This document shows positions 39,542 through 54,400 of a DNA stretch of 64,000 bases, piece by piece. The stretch comes from Candidatus Marinacidobacterales bacterium (GTDB lineage: Bacteria > Acidobacteriota > Vicinamibacteria > Marinacidobacterales > SMYC01). The DNA is taken from NCBI GenBank assembly GCA_965237955.1, contig OZ250169.1, positions 2,720,001 through 2,784,000 of the forward strand. Direction: 5' to 3'. Both the position numbers and the translations under genes were made by a program. The notes under the pieces are model-generated. The model made no database searches. It saw nothing but the letters and a program-made list of their open reading frames with translations, and was not told the DNA's origin. Each line of letters starts with the position of its first letter. The first letter of the stretch is position 1.

Positions 39542-40054
39542 GTGGAACGAGCAGACAAACAAAAGACCGTCGAATCGCTGAACAAAGAACTCGGCTCTCT
39601 CGCTGCAGTCTTCGCCATCGATTATCGTGGGATCAAAGTTTCCGAAGCGACCGAGTTCCGCCGCAAAATCCGCGAGACCGGTGGAACCTACCGGGTCGTC
39701 AAGAACTCGCTCACGAAACGGGCTCTCGAAGGTACCGGCCTCGAGTCGCTCGAAGCGCACCTCGAGGGCATGACCGGGCTCGCATTCACCGAGACCGATC
39801 CGGTAGCGCTCGCGAAAGTGATCCACGACTTTGCCAAGGATGTTCCGGCGATCGCGTTCAAAGGCGGAATTCTCGACGACAAAGCGATGGACGAGGGCCA
39901 GTTCAAAGCTCTCGCGTCGTTGCCGAGCAAGGAAGCTTTGCAGTCGCAGCTGCTGTCGGTCCTGCAAGCGCCGATTCGCAACCTGCTGAGCGTACTCCAG
40001 GCCCCGGCCAGAGATTTGATCTTGGTACTAAAAGCAAAAGCGGACAAAGGCTAG
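39542..40054 (+). CDS. rplJ: 50S ribosomal protein L10
   Basis: DYRG, VVKNSL and LASLPS motifs. Confidence 0.96.
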   Translation: MERADKQKTVESLNKELGSLAAVFAIDYRGIKVSEATEFRRKIRETGGTYRVVKNSLTKRALEGTGLESLEAHLEGMTGLAFTETDPVALAKVIHDFAKDVPAIAFKGGILDDKAMDEGQFKALASLPSKEALQSQLLSVLQAPIRNLLSVLQAPARDLILVLKAKADKG

Positions 40055-40055
40055 A

Positions 40056-40088
40056 GGCTGATGGCTGATGGCCGACGGCTGATGGCCC
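40056..40088. repeat. Solo heptamer arm between rplJ and rplL
   Basis: GGCTGAT GGCTGAT GGCCGAC GGCTGAT GGCC. Confidence 0.85.
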
Positions 40089-40124
40089 ATCGAAACATCG
40101 ATAACGGCTAAGGAGCAAAAATAA

Positions 40125-40511
40125 ATGGCAGAGCTAAGTCAACAGGATGTAATCGAATACATCAAAGGTATGTCGGTCTTGCAAGTGTCCGAGATGGTCA
40201 AAAAGCTCGAGGATGAGCTCGGCGTGCAAGCCGCCGCCGCCATCCCCGTGGCCGCACTCGGCGCGGTTGCCGCCGGTGGTGGTGAGGCCGCAGAAGAGAA
40301 GACCGACTTCGACGTCATCTTGACCGCCATTGGTGACAAGAAGATCAACGTCATCAAGGTCGTCCGCGAGGTCACGAGCCTCGGCTTGAAAGAAGCCAAG
40401 GACCTCGTCGAGGCCGCGCCGAAGGCCGTCAAGGAAGGTATTCCCAAAGACGAAGCTGAAGAGGTCAAAAAGAAATTCGAGGCTGCGGGAGCACAAGTGG
40501 AGCTGAAGTAG
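40125..40511 (+). CDS. rplL: 50S ribosomal protein L7/L12
   Basis: [10 protein letters not shown] and [11 protein letters not shown] motifs. Confidence 0.98.
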   Translation: MAELSQQDVIEYIKGMSVLQVSEMVKKLEDELGVQAAAAIPVAALGAVAAGGGEAAEEKTDFDVILTAIGDKKINVIKVVREVTSLGLKEAKDLVEAAPKAVKEGIPKDEAEEVKKKFEAAGAQVELK

Positions 40512-40542
40512 CTCTTGCTGACAGTCAATAAAATGTTGTTTA

Positions 40543-40590
40543 GGGCCAAAAGCTCACGCTCGACGTGTGCCTCGGCCCAGATTTGTTTTG
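40543..40590 (+). terminator. Hairpin plus U-rich tract between rplL and rpoB (attenuator/terminator-like)
   Basis: GGGCC...CACG ctcga CGTG...GGCCC followed by ATTTGTTTT. Confidence 0.4.
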
Positions 40591-40632
40591 CCGATGGCAG
40601 ATGGCTGATGGCCGAAGGCCGAAGGCCGTAGG
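40590..40632. repeat. Solo heptamer arm upstream of rpoB
   Basis: GCCGATG GCAGATG GCTGATG GCCGAAG GCCGAAG GCCGTAG, running into the AGGAG SD. Confidence 0.85.
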
Positions 40633-40642
40633 AGCACTTACC

Positions 40643-43600
40643 TTGAAAAAACTTGTCGTGAATCCGTATCGCGATCGATTGGATTTCTCTCGGATCAAGG
40701 CGATGATCCCGATCCCCAATCTGATTGAAATCCAGCGCAAGTCGTACGAGCGATTCCTGCAGATGAATCTGCTCGCGACCGAGCGCGAAGACCTGGGTCT
40801 CCAGGCGGTGTTCAAGTCGATTTTCCCGATTACCGATTTTCGTGGGAACTGCGAGCTGCAATTCGTCGAGTACGCGATCGGCGTGTGGGAATGCAAGTGC
40901 GGCAAGCTCGAAGGCCTGTCCCATTTGAGACGCAAATGCACGGGTTGCGGCATGACGTTGCGCACCAACCCGATGGGCGATCGTGAGATTGCGTGCTCGT
41001 CCTGCGGCAAGGGCAACGAGAACCGGGGCAGCGTGTGCGACACCTGCGGCGACTCCGTCGCGCTCAAACTGAAATACGACGTCGAGGAGTGTCAGGAGCG
41101 CGGCATGACGTACTCGGTGCCGCTCAAGGTCACCATCCGCCTGACGGTCTACGACAAAGACCCCGAAACCGGCGTTCGATCCATCCGCGACATCAAGGAG
41201 CAAGAGGTCTACTTCGGTGACATCCCGCTGATGACGGATAACGGTACGTTCATCATCAACGGAACCGAGCGGGTCATCGTGTCCCAGCTCCATCGCTCTC
41301 CCGGCGTGTTCTTTCACGAGGCCGACAAGAACTCGTACCTGGCACAGATCATTCCCTACCGGGGATCCTGGGTCGAGTTCGAGTTCGATGAAAAGAACTT
41401 GCTCTACGTGCGCATCGACCGGAAACGCAAGTTCCTCGCCAGTGTCTTCATGAGGGCTCTCGGTCTCAAGACCGATGAAGACATTCTGCGGCAGTTCCAC
41501 CACGTCGACGCGATCCAGATTCGTGAAGGGAAGCTGTATCTCCCGGTTTCCCAATCGCTCCTCGGTCGACGGCTCAGCCAGGACATCGTGGCGCCGGGCG
41601 GGCCGGGTGGGCCGGGTGGGCCGGGTAGGAAAGACCCCGTGGTGGCGGCTTCCAAGCGCATCACCCGTCTCGCGTTCGAGAAAATCGAAAAAGCCGGCGT
41701 CACCGAAGTCGAGCTCGCGCCAAAAGATCTCGAGGGCGCGTTCTCGGTCGCCGACATCGTGAACACCGAGACGGGCGAGGTGATTGTCGACTGCAACGAC
41801 GCTTTGCCGGCCGACGTCGTGCCCATGCTCGTCGAGAACAATATCGAGACCGTCGAGGTCTTCTATCCGGAGACGGAAGACGTCGGGCCGATCATGTCGA
41901 TGACGGTCAAGAAAGACACCGTCCGAAGCTCCGAAGAAGCTCTGATCGAGATCTACCGGCGTCTCAGGCCGGGTGATCCGCCGACGCTCGAAAGCTCGCG
42001 GAATCTTTTTCAGGGCATGTTCTTCAACCCGCAGAAGTACGACTTCTCACGAGTGGGTCGCCTGAAGCTCAACACCAAGCTCAAGCTCGACGGCGAGCTC
42101 GAACAACGTCTGCTCGAAGCGAAGGACTTTTTCGCGGTCATCGACTACTTGCTGCGGCTTCCGAAAAACGTCGGAACCGTGGACGATATCGATCACCTCG
42201 GCAACCGTCGCGTGCGTTCGGTCGGCGAGCTCCTCGAGAACCAGTTCCGCATCGGTCTCGTGAGGATGGAGCGCGCCATCAAAGAGAAGATGAGCGTCTA
42301 CCAGGAGATGGCCACCGCGATGCCGCACGACCTCATCAACGCGAAACCGGTCATGGCCGCGGTGCGCGAGTTCTTCGGCTCCTCACAGCTGTCACAGTTC
42401 ATGGACCAGACCAATCCACTCTCCGAGGTTACTCACAAGCGGCGGCTGTCGGCGCTCGGTCCGGGTGGTCTGTCGCGCGAGCGCGCCGGATTCGAGGTGC
42501 GCGACGTGCATCCGACCCACTACGGCCGCATCTGCCCGATCGAGACCCCTGAAGGTCCGAACATCGGGCTCATCAGCTCGCTCTCGTGCTACGCGCGCAT
42601 CAACGAATACGGGTTTATCGAGAGTCCCTACAGGAAGGTCGCGGACGGCCGTGTCATCGACCACGTCCAAGTGACAGCGACAGGAGATTCCGACTACGAC
42701 ATCTACGAGATCGTCGAGCTGGGCTCGTTCACGCGGAAGGCGGCCAAAATCCAGCGCGAAGGTGGCAAACGACCGGAGGCCGCACCGCACGCGTTCTACC
42801 TCTCGGCGTGGGAGGAAGACCAGCACATCATCGCTCAGGCGAACGCCAAGCTCGATGAGCAAGCCAACTTCGTCAACGACCGCATCAACTGCCGCCTGGC
42901 CGGAAACTTCATCCTCGCGCCGCGAGAGCAGGTCGCCTACATCGACGTGTCCCCGAAGCAGCTTGTTTCCGTAGCCGCGTCGCTCATCCCGTTCCTCGAG
43001 AACGACGACGCCAACCGCGCGCTCATGGGTTCGAATATGCAGCGCCAGGCGGTTCCGCTCCTCTCGGCCGAAGCGCCTATCGTGGGAACCGGCATGGAGC
43101 ACGCCACCGCCCGCGACAGCGGTGCCGTGGTCGTGTGTCGCCGAGGTGGTGTGGTCGACTCCGTGGATTCCCGCCGTATCATCGTCCGCATCGAGGAATC
43201 CAGCGCCAAACGTGCCAAGGAGATCGGAGCCGACATCTACAACCTCACGAAGTTCAAACGCTCCAACCAGAACACGTGCATGAACCAGCAACCCATCGTG
43301 AGAGTCGGCGACCGGATCGAGAAGGGCCAAGTCATCGGTGACGGCCCGTGCACCGATCAAGGCGAGCTCGCTCTCGGACGGAACATTCTTGTCGCGTTCA
43401 TGCCGTGGCGGGGCTACAACTTCGAGGACGCGATCCTCGTCTCGGAGAAGCTCGTCAAGGACGACGCGTATACATCGATCCACATCGAGGAGTTCGACAC
43501 CGAATCCCGCGACACCAAGCTCGGGCCCGAGGAGATCACCCGCGACATCCCGAACGTGTCGGAGACCTTCCTCGCGAACCTTGACGAGTCGGGCATCATC

Positions 43601-44959
43601 CGCATCGGCGCCTACGTGAGCTCTGGCGACATCCTCGTCGGCAAGGTCACTCCGAAGGGCGAGACCCAGCTCACGCCCGAGGAAAAACTCCTCCGCGCCA
43701 TCTTCGGCGAGAAAGCCGGTGACGTGCGCGACGCTTCTTTGACGTGCCCCCCGGGCATCGAAGGCATCGTCGTCGACGTCAAAATATTCTCGCGGAAGGG
43801 TGTCGAGAAAGACGAGCGTGCCAAAGCGATCGAGAACGAAGAAGCGGCCATGCTCGAGAAGAACTTGAACGACGAGATCCGCATTCTCAAAGAGGAGCGC
43901 AACAAGAGAGTCATCCAACGTCTCACCGGAAGCACTCTCGAGGAAGACCTCGTCAACCCGCGCACGGGCGAGAAGATTCTCACGAAGAACTCCAAGCTCA
44001 CCAAGGACATGTTGCGTGAGCTCCGCCCCGCGTATCTCGGGCTTTTGGAGACCGACGTCAGCGCCGATGGGCTCGACGAGATTCAGGAGATCGAGGACAA
44101 GACCGAGCGCCAGATCGAAGTGCTCAAAGCCCTGTTCGAAGAGCGGATGAATCGCCTTCAGAAGGGTGACGAGCTTCCTCCGGGCGTCATCAAGATGGTC
44201 AAAGTCTACGTGGCGATGAAGCGCAAGCTTTCGGTCGGGGACAAGATGGCGGGCCGCCACGGCAACAAGGGCGTCATCGCCAAGATCGTTCCCGATGAGG
44301 ATATGCCTTTTCTCCCCGACGGAACGCCGTGCGAGATCATTCTCAACCCGCTCGGCGTGCCGTCGCGCATGAACGTCGGGCAGATTCTCGAGACCCACCT
44401 CGGCTGGGCCGGCAAAGTGCTCGGTCTGCACTTCGCCACGCCTGTCTTCGACGGTGCGTCCGAGGCACAAATCCGAGATCTGCTGGGCGACGCCAACACG
44501 AAGCTCGAGGGAGAGGGATCGTTGAGAGCCAACGTGCTCGCCGCCGGTAAAACCACGCTTCACGACGGTATGACCGGCGACGCGTTCGAGCAACCGGTGA
44601 CCGTTGGCTACATCTACATGCTCAAGCTCTCGCACCTCGTCGACGACAAGATGCACGCGCGCAGCATCGGACCCTACAGTCTCATCACCCAGCAACCACT
44701 GGGCGGCAAGGCGCAGTTCGGTGGCCAGCGTTTCGGAGAAATGGAAGTCTGGGCGCTCGAAGCCTATGGCGCTGCCCATACGCTTCAGGAGCTTCTGACC
44801 GCCAAGTCCGACGACGTCTACGGGCGCGCGAAGATCTACGAGGCCATCGTGAAGGGCGACACGTCCTTCGCACCAGGACTTCCGGAGTCGTTCAACGTGC
44901 TGATCCGCGAGCTCCAGAGCTTGTGCCTCGACGTAGAACTATTGAAAACAAAAGACTGA
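40643..44959 (+). CDS. rpoB: RNA polymerase beta subunit (TTG start after AGGAG)
   Basis: [21 protein letters not shown] and GGQRFGEME motifs. Confidence 0.98.
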   Translation: MKKLVVNPYRDRLDFSRIKAMIPIPNLIEIQRKSYERFLQMNLLATEREDLGLQAVFKSIFPITDFRGNCELQFVEYAIGVWECKCGKLEGLSHLRRKCTGCGMTLRTNPMGDREIACSSCGKGNENRGSVCDTCGDSVALKLKYDVEECQERGMTYSVPLKVTIRLTVYDKDPETGVRSIRDIKEQEVYFGDIPLMTDNGTFIINGTERVIVSQLHRSPGVFFHEADKNSYLAQIIPYRGSWVEFEFDEKNLLYVRIDRKRKFLASVFMRALGLKTDEDILRQFHHVDAIQIREGKLYLPVSQSLLGRRLSQDIVAPGGPGGPGGPGRKDPVVAASKRITRLAFEKIEKAGVTEVELAPKDLEGAFSVADIVNTETGEVIVDCNDALPADVVPMLVENNIETVEVFYPETEDVGPIMSMTVKKDTVRSSEEALIEIYRRLRPGDPPTLESSRNLFQGMFFNPQKYDFSRVGRLKLNTKLKLDGELEQRLLEAKDFFAVIDYLLRLPKNVGTVDDIDHLGNRRVRSVGELLENQFRIGLVRMERAIKEKMSVYQEMATAMPHDLINAKPVMAAVREFFGSSQLSQFMDQTNPLSEVTHKRRLSALGPGGLSRERAGFEVRDVHPTHYGRICPIETPEGPNIGLISSLSCYARINEYGFIESPYRKVADGRVIDHVQVTATGDSDYDIYEIVELGSFTRKAAKIQREGGKRPEAAPHAFYLSAWEEDQHIIAQANAKLDEQANFVNDRINCRLAGNFILAPREQVAYIDVSPKQLVSVAASLIPFLENDDANRALMGSNMQRQAVPLLSAEAPIVGTGMEHATARDSGAVVVCRRGGVVDSVDSRRIIVRIEESSAKRAKEIGADIYNLTKFKRSNQNTCMNQQPIVRVGDRIEKGQVIGDGPCTDQGELALGRNILVAFMPWRGYNFEDAILVSEKLVKDDAYTSIHIEEFDTESRDTKLGPEEITRDIPNVSETFLANLDESGIIRIGAYVSSGDILVGKVTPKGETQLTPEEKLLRAIFGEKAGDVRDASLTCPPGIEGIVVDVKIFSRKGVEKDERAKAIENEEAAMLEKNLNDEIRILKEERNKRVIQRLTGSTLEEDLVNPRTGEKILTKNSKLTKDMLRELRPAYLGLLETDVSADGLDEIQEIEDKTERQIEVLKALFEERMNRLQKGDELPPGVIKMVKVYVAMKRKLSVGDKMAGRHGNKGVIAKIVPDEDMPFLPDGTPCEIILNPLGVPSRMNVGQILETHLGWAGKVLGLHFATPVFDGASEAQIRDLLGDANTKLEGEGSLRANVLAAGKTTLHDGMTGDAFEQPVTVGYIYMLKLSHLVDDKMHARSIGPYSLITQQPLGGKAQFGGQRFGEMEVWALEAYGAAHTLQELLTAKSDDVYGRAKIYEAIVKGDTSFAPGLPESFNVLIRELQSLCLDVELLKTKD

Positions 44960-44989
44960 GACGACTAGCTACGAGATGGAAAAGAAAAA

Positions 44990-45081
44990 AACGCAAAGGC
45001 GCCAAGACGCCAAGACGCAAAGAGAGAACCAACGCCGAAGGCGTTTCACTTTGCGACTCTGCGCCTTTGCGCCTTTGCGTT
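44990..45081. repeat. Octamer-armed palindromic element B2 (92 bp)
   Basis: Same architecture as B1; core hairpin AACGCC-GAA-GGCGTT. Confidence 0.92.
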
Positions 45082-45152
45082 ATGTTTTTTCTTTCGATCG
45101 ACGCGACAGCGTCTATGCGGTTAAGAGTTTCTAAAACAAGGGGAGGAAGAAC

Positions 45153-48100
45153 TTGAAAGCGTTCGCAACCCTTCGCGACAAAGGTAATTTGGTGGTGGAT
45201 TTCGACGCCATCAAGATCAGTTTGGCATCGCCTGAGAAGATCCGGGCCTGGTCGCACGGCGAGGTGACGAAGCCGGAGACGATCAACTACCGTACGTTCA
45301 AACCCGAGCGGGACGGACTCTTCTGCGCCAAGATCTTCGGTCCAGTCACCGACTGGGAGTGTCTGTGCGGCAAGTACAAACGCATGAAGCACCGCGGCGT
45401 GATCTGCGACAAATGCGGCGTGGAGGTCACGCAGTCGAAAGTCCGGCGCGAGCGCCTCGCCCACATCGAGCTCGCGTGCCCGGTGTCGCACGTGTGGTTC
45501 TTCAAGGGACTCCCGAGCCGCATCGGACACCTACTCGACGTGTCGCTCCGCGATCTCGAACGAGTGCTCTATTTCGAGTCCTACGTCGTGATCGATCCCG
45601 GAGAGACGCCGCTCAAGGAAAAAGAGCTCCTCTCCGAGGAGCGCTACCGCGAGATGCGGCAGGAGTACAAGAGCAAGTTCACTGCCGAGATGGGTGCAGA
45701 AGCGATCAAGGAGCTTCTGCGGCGCATTGAGGTCGAAGAGCTCTCCGAAGCCCTGCGCGAGGCGATGAAAACCGAGACCTCGCTGCAGAAAAAACTCAAG
45801 TTCGCAAAGCGCTTGAAGGTCGTCGAAGCTTTCCGCAAGTCGAACAACCGGCCCGAGTGGATGATCTTGGATGTCATTCCGGTGATCCCGCCCGAGCTCA
45901 GGCCTTTGGTTCCTCTCGACGGCGGTCGTTTCGCCACCAGCGATCTAAACGATCTCTATCGCCGGGTCATCAACCGCAACAATCGGTTGAAAAAGCTCAT
46001 GGAGCTCAAAGCGCCCGACGTTATCGTTCGTAACGAAAAGCGCATGCTCCAGGAAGCAGTGGATGCTCTTTTCGACAACGGTCGCCGCGGTCGTGTGCTC
46101 CGCGGCGCGAACAACCGGCCCCTGAAGTCGCTGTCGGACACATTGAAAGGCAAGCAGGGTCGCTTCCGTCAGAACTTGCTCGGAAAGCGTGTCGACTATT
46201 CGGGCCGCTCGGTTATCGTGGTGGGACCGGAGCTCAAACTCCATCAGTGCGGCCTTCCCAAGAAGATGGCTCTCGAGCTGTTCAAGCCGTTCATCTACAA
46301 CAAGCTTGAGCAAGTCGGTCTCGCGACCACGATCAAAGCGGCAAAAGAAATGGTCGAAGCTCATCGGCCCGAGGTGTGGGACTTTCTCGAGGAAGTCATC
46401 CGCGAGCACCCCGTTCTCCTCAACCGTGCACCGACGCTCCATCGACTCGGCATCCAGGCGTTCGAGCCCGTGCTCGTGGAAGGCAAGGCCATCCGCATCC
46501 ACCCACTGGTGTGTACGGCGTTCAACGCGGACTTCGACGGTGATCAGATGGCGGTTCACATTCCGCTGTCTCCGGAATCGCAGATCGAAGCGTCGCTTCT
46601 CATGTTGGCGTCGCGCAACATTCTGTCTCCGGCCAACGGGCAGCCTGTCGCCACCCCCACGCAGGACATGGTGCTCGGCTGCTACTACTTGACCAAGGAA
46701 AAGAAGAGCGCCAAGGGAGACGGTCGTGCGTTCGCCTCGACGGAGGACGTTCTTCTCGCACTCGAAGCGGGAGCGGTAGAGACGCTCAGTCCAATCCGCC
46801 TACTCTATAGCGGAGGGTTTGTCGACCTGACTACCGCATTCAACGACCAGGACGTCGTGCACTCCGAGGTGCATCAGCTCGACAACGAGATCATCGAGAC
46901 CACCGTGGGGCGCGTCATCTTCAACGACCACCTTCCTCCCGAGATTCCCTACGTCAACGGCCTCTTCAGGAAGAAAGGTCTCGGAAACCTCGTGAACTAC
47001 TGCTACTTGCAGCACGGCGTGGCCAAAACCGTCGAGATGCTCGACTCGCTGAAGGAGCTCGGATTCCTCTACGCGACCAAGAGCGGTATCTCGATCGGCA
47101 TCGAAGACCTCGTGATTCCGAGGGAGAAGAACCAGCTCGTCGACCAGGCACTCTCCGAGGTGAAGGAAGTCGACGATCAGTACCGTGAAGGTGCCATCAC
47201 CAAGGGCGAGCGCTACAACAAAGTCATCGCGATCTGGTCGAACGTCACTGACCGCGTTGCTCAGGAGATGTTCGAAGAGATGGAGCGGCAGGAGCGCGAA
47301 TCCGGCCAATTCAATCCCGTGTACATGATGGCGGATTCCGGTGCTCGTGGCTCCAAGCAGCAGATCCGTCAGCTTGCCGGAATGCGCGGTCTGATGGCGA
47401 AGCCCTCGGGAGAAATCATCGAGACTCCCATCACCAGCAACTTCCGAGAGGGTTTGACCGTGCTGCAGTACTTCATCTCGACGCACGGCGCCCGCAAGGG
47501 TCTCGCGGACACCGCACTCAAGACGGCGGACTCCGGTTATCTCACCCGGAGGCTCGTCGACGTCGCCCAGGACGTGATCATCTCCGAGGTCAACTGTGGA
47601 ACGTCGAGCGGCATCTACGTGGGATCGATCGTGGAAGCCGGTGAAGTCATCGAGCCGCTCCGCGACCGCATCGTCGGTCGAGTCAGTCTCGAGACCATCA
47701 AGGACAGCTTCACCGGCGAGACCATCGTCTCCCCGAACCAGGAGATCACCGAGTCCATCGCGAACGCCATCCAGAACACCGGTGTGGATCGCGTCAAGAT
47801 TCGCTCAGTGCTCTCGTGCGAGTCACGGCGCGGCGTGTGCGCGCAGTGTTACGGACGTAACCTCGCGAGCGGACGTCTTTCCGACCTTGGCGAAGCCGTT
47901 GGTGTCATCGCGGCGCAGTCGATCGGTGAGCCGGGAACGCAGCTCACGATGCGTACGTTCCACATCGGTGGAACGGCCTCCCGTGTCGCCGAGCAGTCTA
48001 CGCTCGAATCCAGGAACGCGGGCACCGTCAAATTCGATCGTATCTCCACGGTGAAAAACAAAGACGGCGATCTCGTGGTGATGAACCGTGCAGGTCAGAT

Positions 48101-49352
48101 CATCATCCACGACGACAAAGGTCGCGAGCGCGAACGCTACCCGGTCGTTTACGGCGCCAAATTGAAAGTCAAAGACGGCCAGACGATTGAAGCGCACGCA
48201 ACCTTCGTCGAGTGGGACCCGTACACGTTCTCGATTCTCACCGAGGAGGGCGGAACCGCTCACTTCAAGGACATCGTGCAGGGTGTGACCGTGCAGGAGG
48301 AAGTCGACGAGGTGACCGGACTCTCGATGCCGGTCATCGTGGAGTCCGCGGACGAGAAGCGCCAGCCCGCCATCGTCGTGAAAGACGCCAAGAAGAAAGA
48401 GGTCAAGACCTACCTTTTGCCTTCAGGTGCTCATTTGATGAAGGGCGACGGCGACGACGTGCGGCCCGGCGACGTCCTGGCCAAGATCCCGCGTGAGACT
48501 ACGAAGACGAAAGACATCACCGGTGGTCTGCCGCGTGTGGTCGAGCTCTTCGAAGCACGAAAGCCCAAGGATCCCGCCGTGATCACGGAAGTCGATGGTA
48601 TCGTCAAATATGGTAGCATCGTGAAGGGCATGCGCACAATCACAGTCGAGTCGGAGACCGTGTCCGAAGCCGGCGAGGTGCGCGAGTACGCGGTGCCGAG
48701 AGGTGTCCACATCAACGTCCAGGAGGGCGAGCGCGTCCGAGCTGGTGAGCCGTTGATGGACGGGCCGATCAACCCCCACGACATATTGAACGTCTTGGGT
48801 GAGAGTGCGCTTCAGGAATACCTCGTCAACGAGATTCAGGAGGTCTATCGACTTCAGGGCGTGCTCATCAACGACAAACACATCGAGGTGATCGCGCGCC
48901 AGATGATGCGCTGGGTGAAGGTGGAGGAGGTCGGGGACACCGAGCTCCTCATCGACGAGACCGTCGACCGGTTCAAGTTCAACGAGGCCAACGAGAAGCT
49001 CGTCGCGGAGGGCGGGCGTCCCGCAACCGGCAGGCCGCTCCTTCTCGGAATCACCAAGGCGTCGCTGTCCACCGAAAGCTTCATCTCCGCGGCATCGTTC
49101 CAGGAGACGACCCGGGTTCTCACCGAGGCCAGCATCAGCGGCCGGGTCGACTACTTGCGAGGACTCAAGGAGAACGTCATCATGGGCCGGCTCATCCCCG
49201 CCGGGACGGGCCTCGAGATCCACCGTGATGTCGTGATTCCCGAGGCGCAGCCACTGGAGCGACAACCTGAGTTTCTCGGCGAAGATTTGGACCGAGAAGT
49301 CCAGTACCTGGTGGAAGGCCAACAAGAGGGAGAAAGCACCGAACCCGTTTAA
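45153..49352 (+). CDS. rpoC: RNA polymerase beta' subunit
   Basis: NADFDGD, N-terminal Zn finger and TQLTMRTFH. Confidence 0.99.
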   Translation: MKAFATLRDKGNLVVDFDAIKISLASPEKIRAWSHGEVTKPETINYRTFKPERDGLFCAKIFGPVTDWECLCGKYKRMKHRGVICDKCGVEVTQSKVRRERLAHIELACPVSHVWFFKGLPSRIGHLLDVSLRDLERVLYFESYVVIDPGETPLKEKELLSEERYREMRQEYKSKFTAEMGAEAIKELLRRIEVEELSEALREAMKTETSLQKKLKFAKRLKVVEAFRKSNNRPEWMILDVIPVIPPELRPLVPLDGGRFATSDLNDLYRRVINRNNRLKKLMELKAPDVIVRNEKRMLQEAVDALFDNGRRGRVLRGANNRPLKSLSDTLKGKQGRFRQNLLGKRVDYSGRSVIVVGPELKLHQCGLPKKMALELFKPFIYNKLEQVGLATTIKAAKEMVEAHRPEVWDFLEEVIREHPVLLNRAPTLHRLGIQAFEPVLVEGKAIRIHPLVCTAFNADFDGDQMAVHIPLSPESQIEASLLMLASRNILSPANGQPVATPTQDMVLGCYYLTKEKKSAKGDGRAFASTEDVLLALEAGAVETLSPIRLLYSGGFVDLTTAFNDQDVVHSEVHQLDNEIIETTVGRVIFNDHLPPEIPYVNGLFRKKGLGNLVNYCYLQHGVAKTVEMLDSLKELGFLYATKSGISIGIEDLVIPREKNQLVDQALSEVKEVDDQYREGAITKGERYNKVIAIWSNVTDRVAQEMFEEMERQERESGQFNPVYMMADSGARGSKQQIRQLAGMRGLMAKPSGEIIETPITSNFREGLTVLQYFISTHGARKGLADTALKTADSGYLTRRLVDVAQDVIISEVNCGTSSGIYVGSIVEAGEVIEPLRDRIVGRVSLETIKDSFTGETIVSPNQEITESIANAIQNTGVDRVKIRSVLSCESRRGVCAQCYGRNLASGRLSDLGEAVGVIAAQSIGEPGTQLTMRTFHIGGTASRVAEQSTLESRNAGTVKFDRISTVKNKDGDLVVMNRAGQIIIHDDKGRERERYPVVYGAKLKVKDGQTIEAHATFVEWDPYTFSILTEEGGTAHFKDIVQGVTVQEEVDEVTGLSMPVIVESADEKRQPAIVVKDAKKKEVKTYLLPSGAHLMKGDGDDVRPGDVLAKIPRETTKTKDITGGLPRVVELFEARKPKDPAVITEVDGIVKYGSIVKGMRTITVESETVSEAGEVREYAVPRGVHINVQEGERVRAGEPLMDGPINPHDILNVLGESALQEYLVNEIQEVYRLQGVLINDKHIEVIARQMMRWVKVEEVGDTELLIDETVDRFKFNEANEKLVAEGGRPATGRPLLLGITKASLSTESFISAASFQETTRVLTEASISGRVDYLRGLKENVIMGRLIPAGTGLEIHRDVVIPEAQPLERQPEFLGEDLDREVQYLVEGQQEGESTEPV

Positions 49353-49373
49353 CAGGCCGAACCTCTCCCCCAA

Positions 49374-49400
49374 CCCGCCTTCGCTAAAAGCTTCGGCGGG
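49374..49400. repeat. REP-like palindrome
   Basis: CCCGCC-TTCGCTAAAAGCTTC-GGCGGG; the CCGCCTTCGCT half also follows both tuf stops. Confidence 0.55.
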
Positions 49401-49448
49401 GGGCTCGGTGCTGCTAGCAGCTAGATTAGGCCAACACGGAATAACGAG

Positions 49449-49478
49449 TTGACACAATGGCAATGAAATTGCTAAACT
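49449..49478 (+). promoter_or_regulatory. str operon promoter
   Basis: TTGACA-N18-TAAACT with TG extension. Confidence 0.6.
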
Positions 49479-49568
49479 CGTCAGGTTGTCCTGAACCCGG
49501 TGCAGCTTGCGGGGTTCAGGATTTTGTTTTCAGATCTTGAATTATTCGAGAAGGAAGAGATAGCAGTT

Positions 49569-49943
49569 TTGCCGACTTTTAGTCAGTTGGTTCGAAAAGG
49601 GCGGAAGCGGACCGGCTCCAAAACGGACAGCCCGGCCCTTCAGGGTTGCCCTCAAAAGCGAGGGGTTTGCATCCGGGTCTTCATCTCGACTCCGAAAAAG
49701 CCCAACTCGGCGCTCCGTAAAGTCGCCCGGGTCCGGCTGACGAACGGCATCGAGGTGACGACCTACATCCCAGGAGTCGGTCACAACCTGCAAGAGCACT
49801 CGATCGTTCTCATCCGAGGCGGCCGAGTCAAGGATTTACCCGGAGTTCGGTACCACGTCGTGCGTGGCTCGCTCGATGCCGTTGGCGTCGAAGGCCGCAA
49901 AAACGGTCGCTCCAAATACGGCACCAAGCGGCCGAAGGCGTAA
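49569..49943 (+). CDS. rpsL: 30S ribosomal protein S12
   Basis: [10 protein letters not shown] and RVKDLPGV motifs; TTG start. Confidence 0.98.
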   Translation: MPTFSQLVRKGRKRTGSKTDSPALQGCPQKRGVCIRVFISTPKKPNSALRKVARVRLTNGIEVTTYIPGVGHNLQEHSIVLIRGGRVKDLPGVRYHVVRGSLDAVGVEGRKNGRSKYGTKRPKA

Positions 49944-49956
49944 GGGGTAGGGCGGG

Positions 49957-50427
49957 ATGCCGAGACGACGGGAAGTAGCGAAACGCGAGCCGCAGCCGGA
50001 TCCGATCTACAACAGCGGGCTCGTCTCTTTCTTTATTAATGTTGTGATGAAACAGGGCAAGAAGTCGACGGCGGAGAGTCTCGTCTATGGCGCGTTCGAC
50101 AAGATTCGCGATCGCACCCAGGAAGATCCGCTGAAGGTCTTCAAAAAAGCGGTGGACAACGTGAAGCCCATTTTGGAAGTCAAGAGCCGCCGCGTAGGAG
50201 GCAGTAACTACCAAGTACCGATCGAAGTGCGCCCGGAGCGAAGGACGTCTCTCTCGCTTCGTTGGCTCGTGAGCTTCGCCCGTTCCCGTCCGGAGAAAAC
50301 GATGGTCGACAAGCTCGCTGGCGAGCTTCTCGATGCCTCGTCGAATCGAGGCGGCGCGGTGAAGAAGCGTGAGGATACACATCGAATGGCGGAGGCGAAC
50401 AAGGCTTTCGCGCATTACCGCTGGTAA
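49957..50427 (+). CDS. rpsG: 30S ribosomal protein S7
   Basis: [11 protein letters not shown] and [10 protein letters not shown] motifs. Confidence 0.98.
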   Translation: MPRRREVAKREPQPDPIYNSGLVSFFINVVMKQGKKSTAESLVYGAFDKIRDRTQEDPLKVFKKAVDNVKPILEVKSRRVGGSNYQVPIEVRPERRTSLSLRWLVSFARSRPEKTMVDKLAGELLDASSNRGGAVKKREDTHRMAEANKAFAHYRW

Positions 50428-50638
50428 CAAGAGTTTCCTCAGCTTCCAGCACACCGAGCATCCGCTCCGCGGAATTCAGCATCGACGGAGCCGATAGCTA
50501 TTTTGTATCGGGGGCGCTAGCCCTCGGCGAGAGACGAACGTCGTTCGAGAAGAACGGAAACGAAAGTTTCCGGCTGATACCAATTAATTGACAAGTTATT
50601 ACCAAGTTATTGGATGACACCGGACTTCCGGAAGAACA

Positions 50639-52717
<2,079 letters not shown>

Positions 52718-52756
52718 AAATAGATGCGAATGGAGACAAAGGAGTACTGATTCGTC

Positions 52757-53947
52757 ATGGCGAAAGAGAAATTCGATCGAAGTAAGCCGCATTTGAACGT
52801 GGGGACGGTAGGGCACGTGGACCACGGGAAGACGACGTTGACGGCGGCGATCACGAAAGTGTTGGCGAAGAACGAGAAAGGCACGTCGTTTCGCAGCTTC
52901 GACTCGATCGACAACGCGCCTGAGGAAAAAGAGCGCGGGATCACGATTGCGACGGCGCACGTGGAGTATTCGACGCCGAACCGTCACTATGCGCACGTGG
53001 ACTGCCCGGGTCACGCGGACTACGTGAAGAACATGATCACGGGGGCAGCGCAGATGGACGGTGCGATATTAGTGGTGTCAGCGGCGGACGGCCCGATGCC
53101 TCAGACCCGAGAGCACATACTGTTGGCGCGTCAGGTCGGGGTTCCGTACATCGTGGTGTTTCTGAACAAAGTGGACATGGTGGACGACGAAGAGCTTTTG
53201 GACCTGGTGGAGTTGGAAGTACGCGAGCTATTGTCGCAGTACGAGTTCCCGGGCGACGATATCCCGATCATTCGCGGCAGCGCGTTGAAAGCGCTCGAAG
53301 GCGACTCGGAAGAGGATGCAAAGCCGATCCACGAGCTGATGGCGGCGGTGGACGAATACATCCCGATTCCGAAGCGGGACGTGGACAAACCCTTCCTGAT
53401 GCCGATCGAGGACGTGTTCTCGATCTCGGGTCGGGGCACGGTGGTGACGGGCCGGATCGAGCGCGGGATTGTGAAGGTGAGTGAAGAGATCGAGATCGTG
53501 GGAATCACCGAGACGCGCAAGAAGGTCGTGACCGGGGTGGAGATGTTCAAGAAGCTCCTGGACGAAGGTCAGGCGGGCGACAATGTGGGTGTGCTGCTCC
53601 GAGGTACGGAGCGCTCGGACGTGGAGCGCGGGATGGTTCTGGCGAAGCCGGGGTCGATCACACCGCACACGAAGTTCCAAGCCGAGGTTTACGTGTTGTC
53701 GAAGGAAGAGGGCGGTCGTCACACGCCGTTTTTCAACGGCTACCGTCCGCAGTTCTACTTCCGGACGACGGACGTGACGGGCTCGGCGACGTTGAACGAG
53801 GGAGTGGAAATGGTGATGCCGGGCGACAACACGCCGCTTGCGATCACGCTGATTACGCCGATCGCGATCGAAAAGGGCTTGCGGTTCGCCATCCGCGAAG
53901 GTGGGCGGACCGTGGGCGCCGGTACCGTGACCGACGTTATCGAGTAG
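52757..53947 (+). CDS. tuf: Elongation factor Tu, copy 2
   Basis: Intact 396 aa, ending [10 protein letters not shown]. Confidence 0.99.
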   Translation: MAKEKFDRSKPHLNVGTVGHVDHGKTTLTAAITKVLAKNEKGTSFRSFDSIDNAPEEKERGITIATAHVEYSTPNRHYAHVDCPGHADYVKNMITGAAQMDGAILVVSAADGPMPQTREHILLARQVGVPYIVVFLNKVDMVDDEELLDLVELEVRELLSQYEFPGDDIPIIRGSALKALEGDSEEDAKPIHELMAAVDEYIPIPKRDVDKPFLMPIEDVFSISGRGTVVTGRIERGIVKVSEEIEIVGITETRKKVVTGVEMFKKLLDEGQAGDNVGVLLRGTERSDVERGMVLAKPGSITPHTKFQAEVYVLSKEEGGRHTPFFNGYRPQFYFRTTDVTGSATLNEGVEMVMPGDNTPLAITLITPIAIEKGLRFAIREGGRTVGAGTVTDVIE

Positions 53948-54020
53948 TCCGCCTTCGCTGGGGCATCCTGTATGGTGGGCCAGCTTGGTTGAGGCAAGCC
54001 GGATGTAGCAGGTAGGAGAC

Positions 54021-54356
54021 ATGGCAGTCATTAGCGAAAAAATCCGAATTCGGTTGAAGGCGTACGACTACCGGATTCTGGATCAGTCGACGCACGAGAT
54101 CGTAGAGACGGCCAAGCGTACCGGAGCTCGCATCGCGGGCCCCATTCCGCTGCCGACGACGAAGAACAAGTACACGGTTCTCCGGTCTCCCCACGTCGAC
54201 AAGAAGTCGAGGGAGCAGTTCGAGGTCCGGACGCACAAGCGCCTGCTCGATATTTTCGAGCCGACGCCGCAGACGGTCGACGCCCTGATGCGCCTGGATT
54301 TGCCGGCCGGCGTCGACGTGGAGATCAAAGCGTTTGGTAAGGAACATTCGAAATGA
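54021..54356 (+). CDS. rpsJ: 30S ribosomal protein S10
   Basis: IRIRLKAYD and [13 protein letters not shown] motifs. Confidence 0.98.
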   Translation: MAVISEKIRIRLKAYDYRILDQSTHEIVETAKRTGARIAGPIPLPTTKNKYTVLRSPHVDKKSREQFEVRTHKRLLDIFEPTPQTVDALMRLDLPAGVDVEIKAFGKEHSK

Positions 54357-54360
54357 GGTT

Positions 54361-54383
54361 GATCTGCCATCTGCCATCGGCCA
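54361..54383. repeat. Solo heptamer arm between rpsJ and rplC
   Basis: GATCT GCCATCT GCCATCG GCCA. Confidence 0.75.
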
Positions 54384-54400
54384 GAGATTGAGAACAAACC

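Noticed and set aside
42370-42480. Rifampicin- or streptomycin-resistance alleles in rpoB/rpsL
   Set aside because: RRDR residues (Q, D, H, S) and the S12 PKKPNS and RVKDLP motifs are wild-type-like.
42392-44779. Long antisense and alternate-frame ORFs (also 20367-22205, 1151-2461, 37619-39022)
   Set aside because: Shadow ORFs expected from high-GC codon bias opposite well-supported genes.
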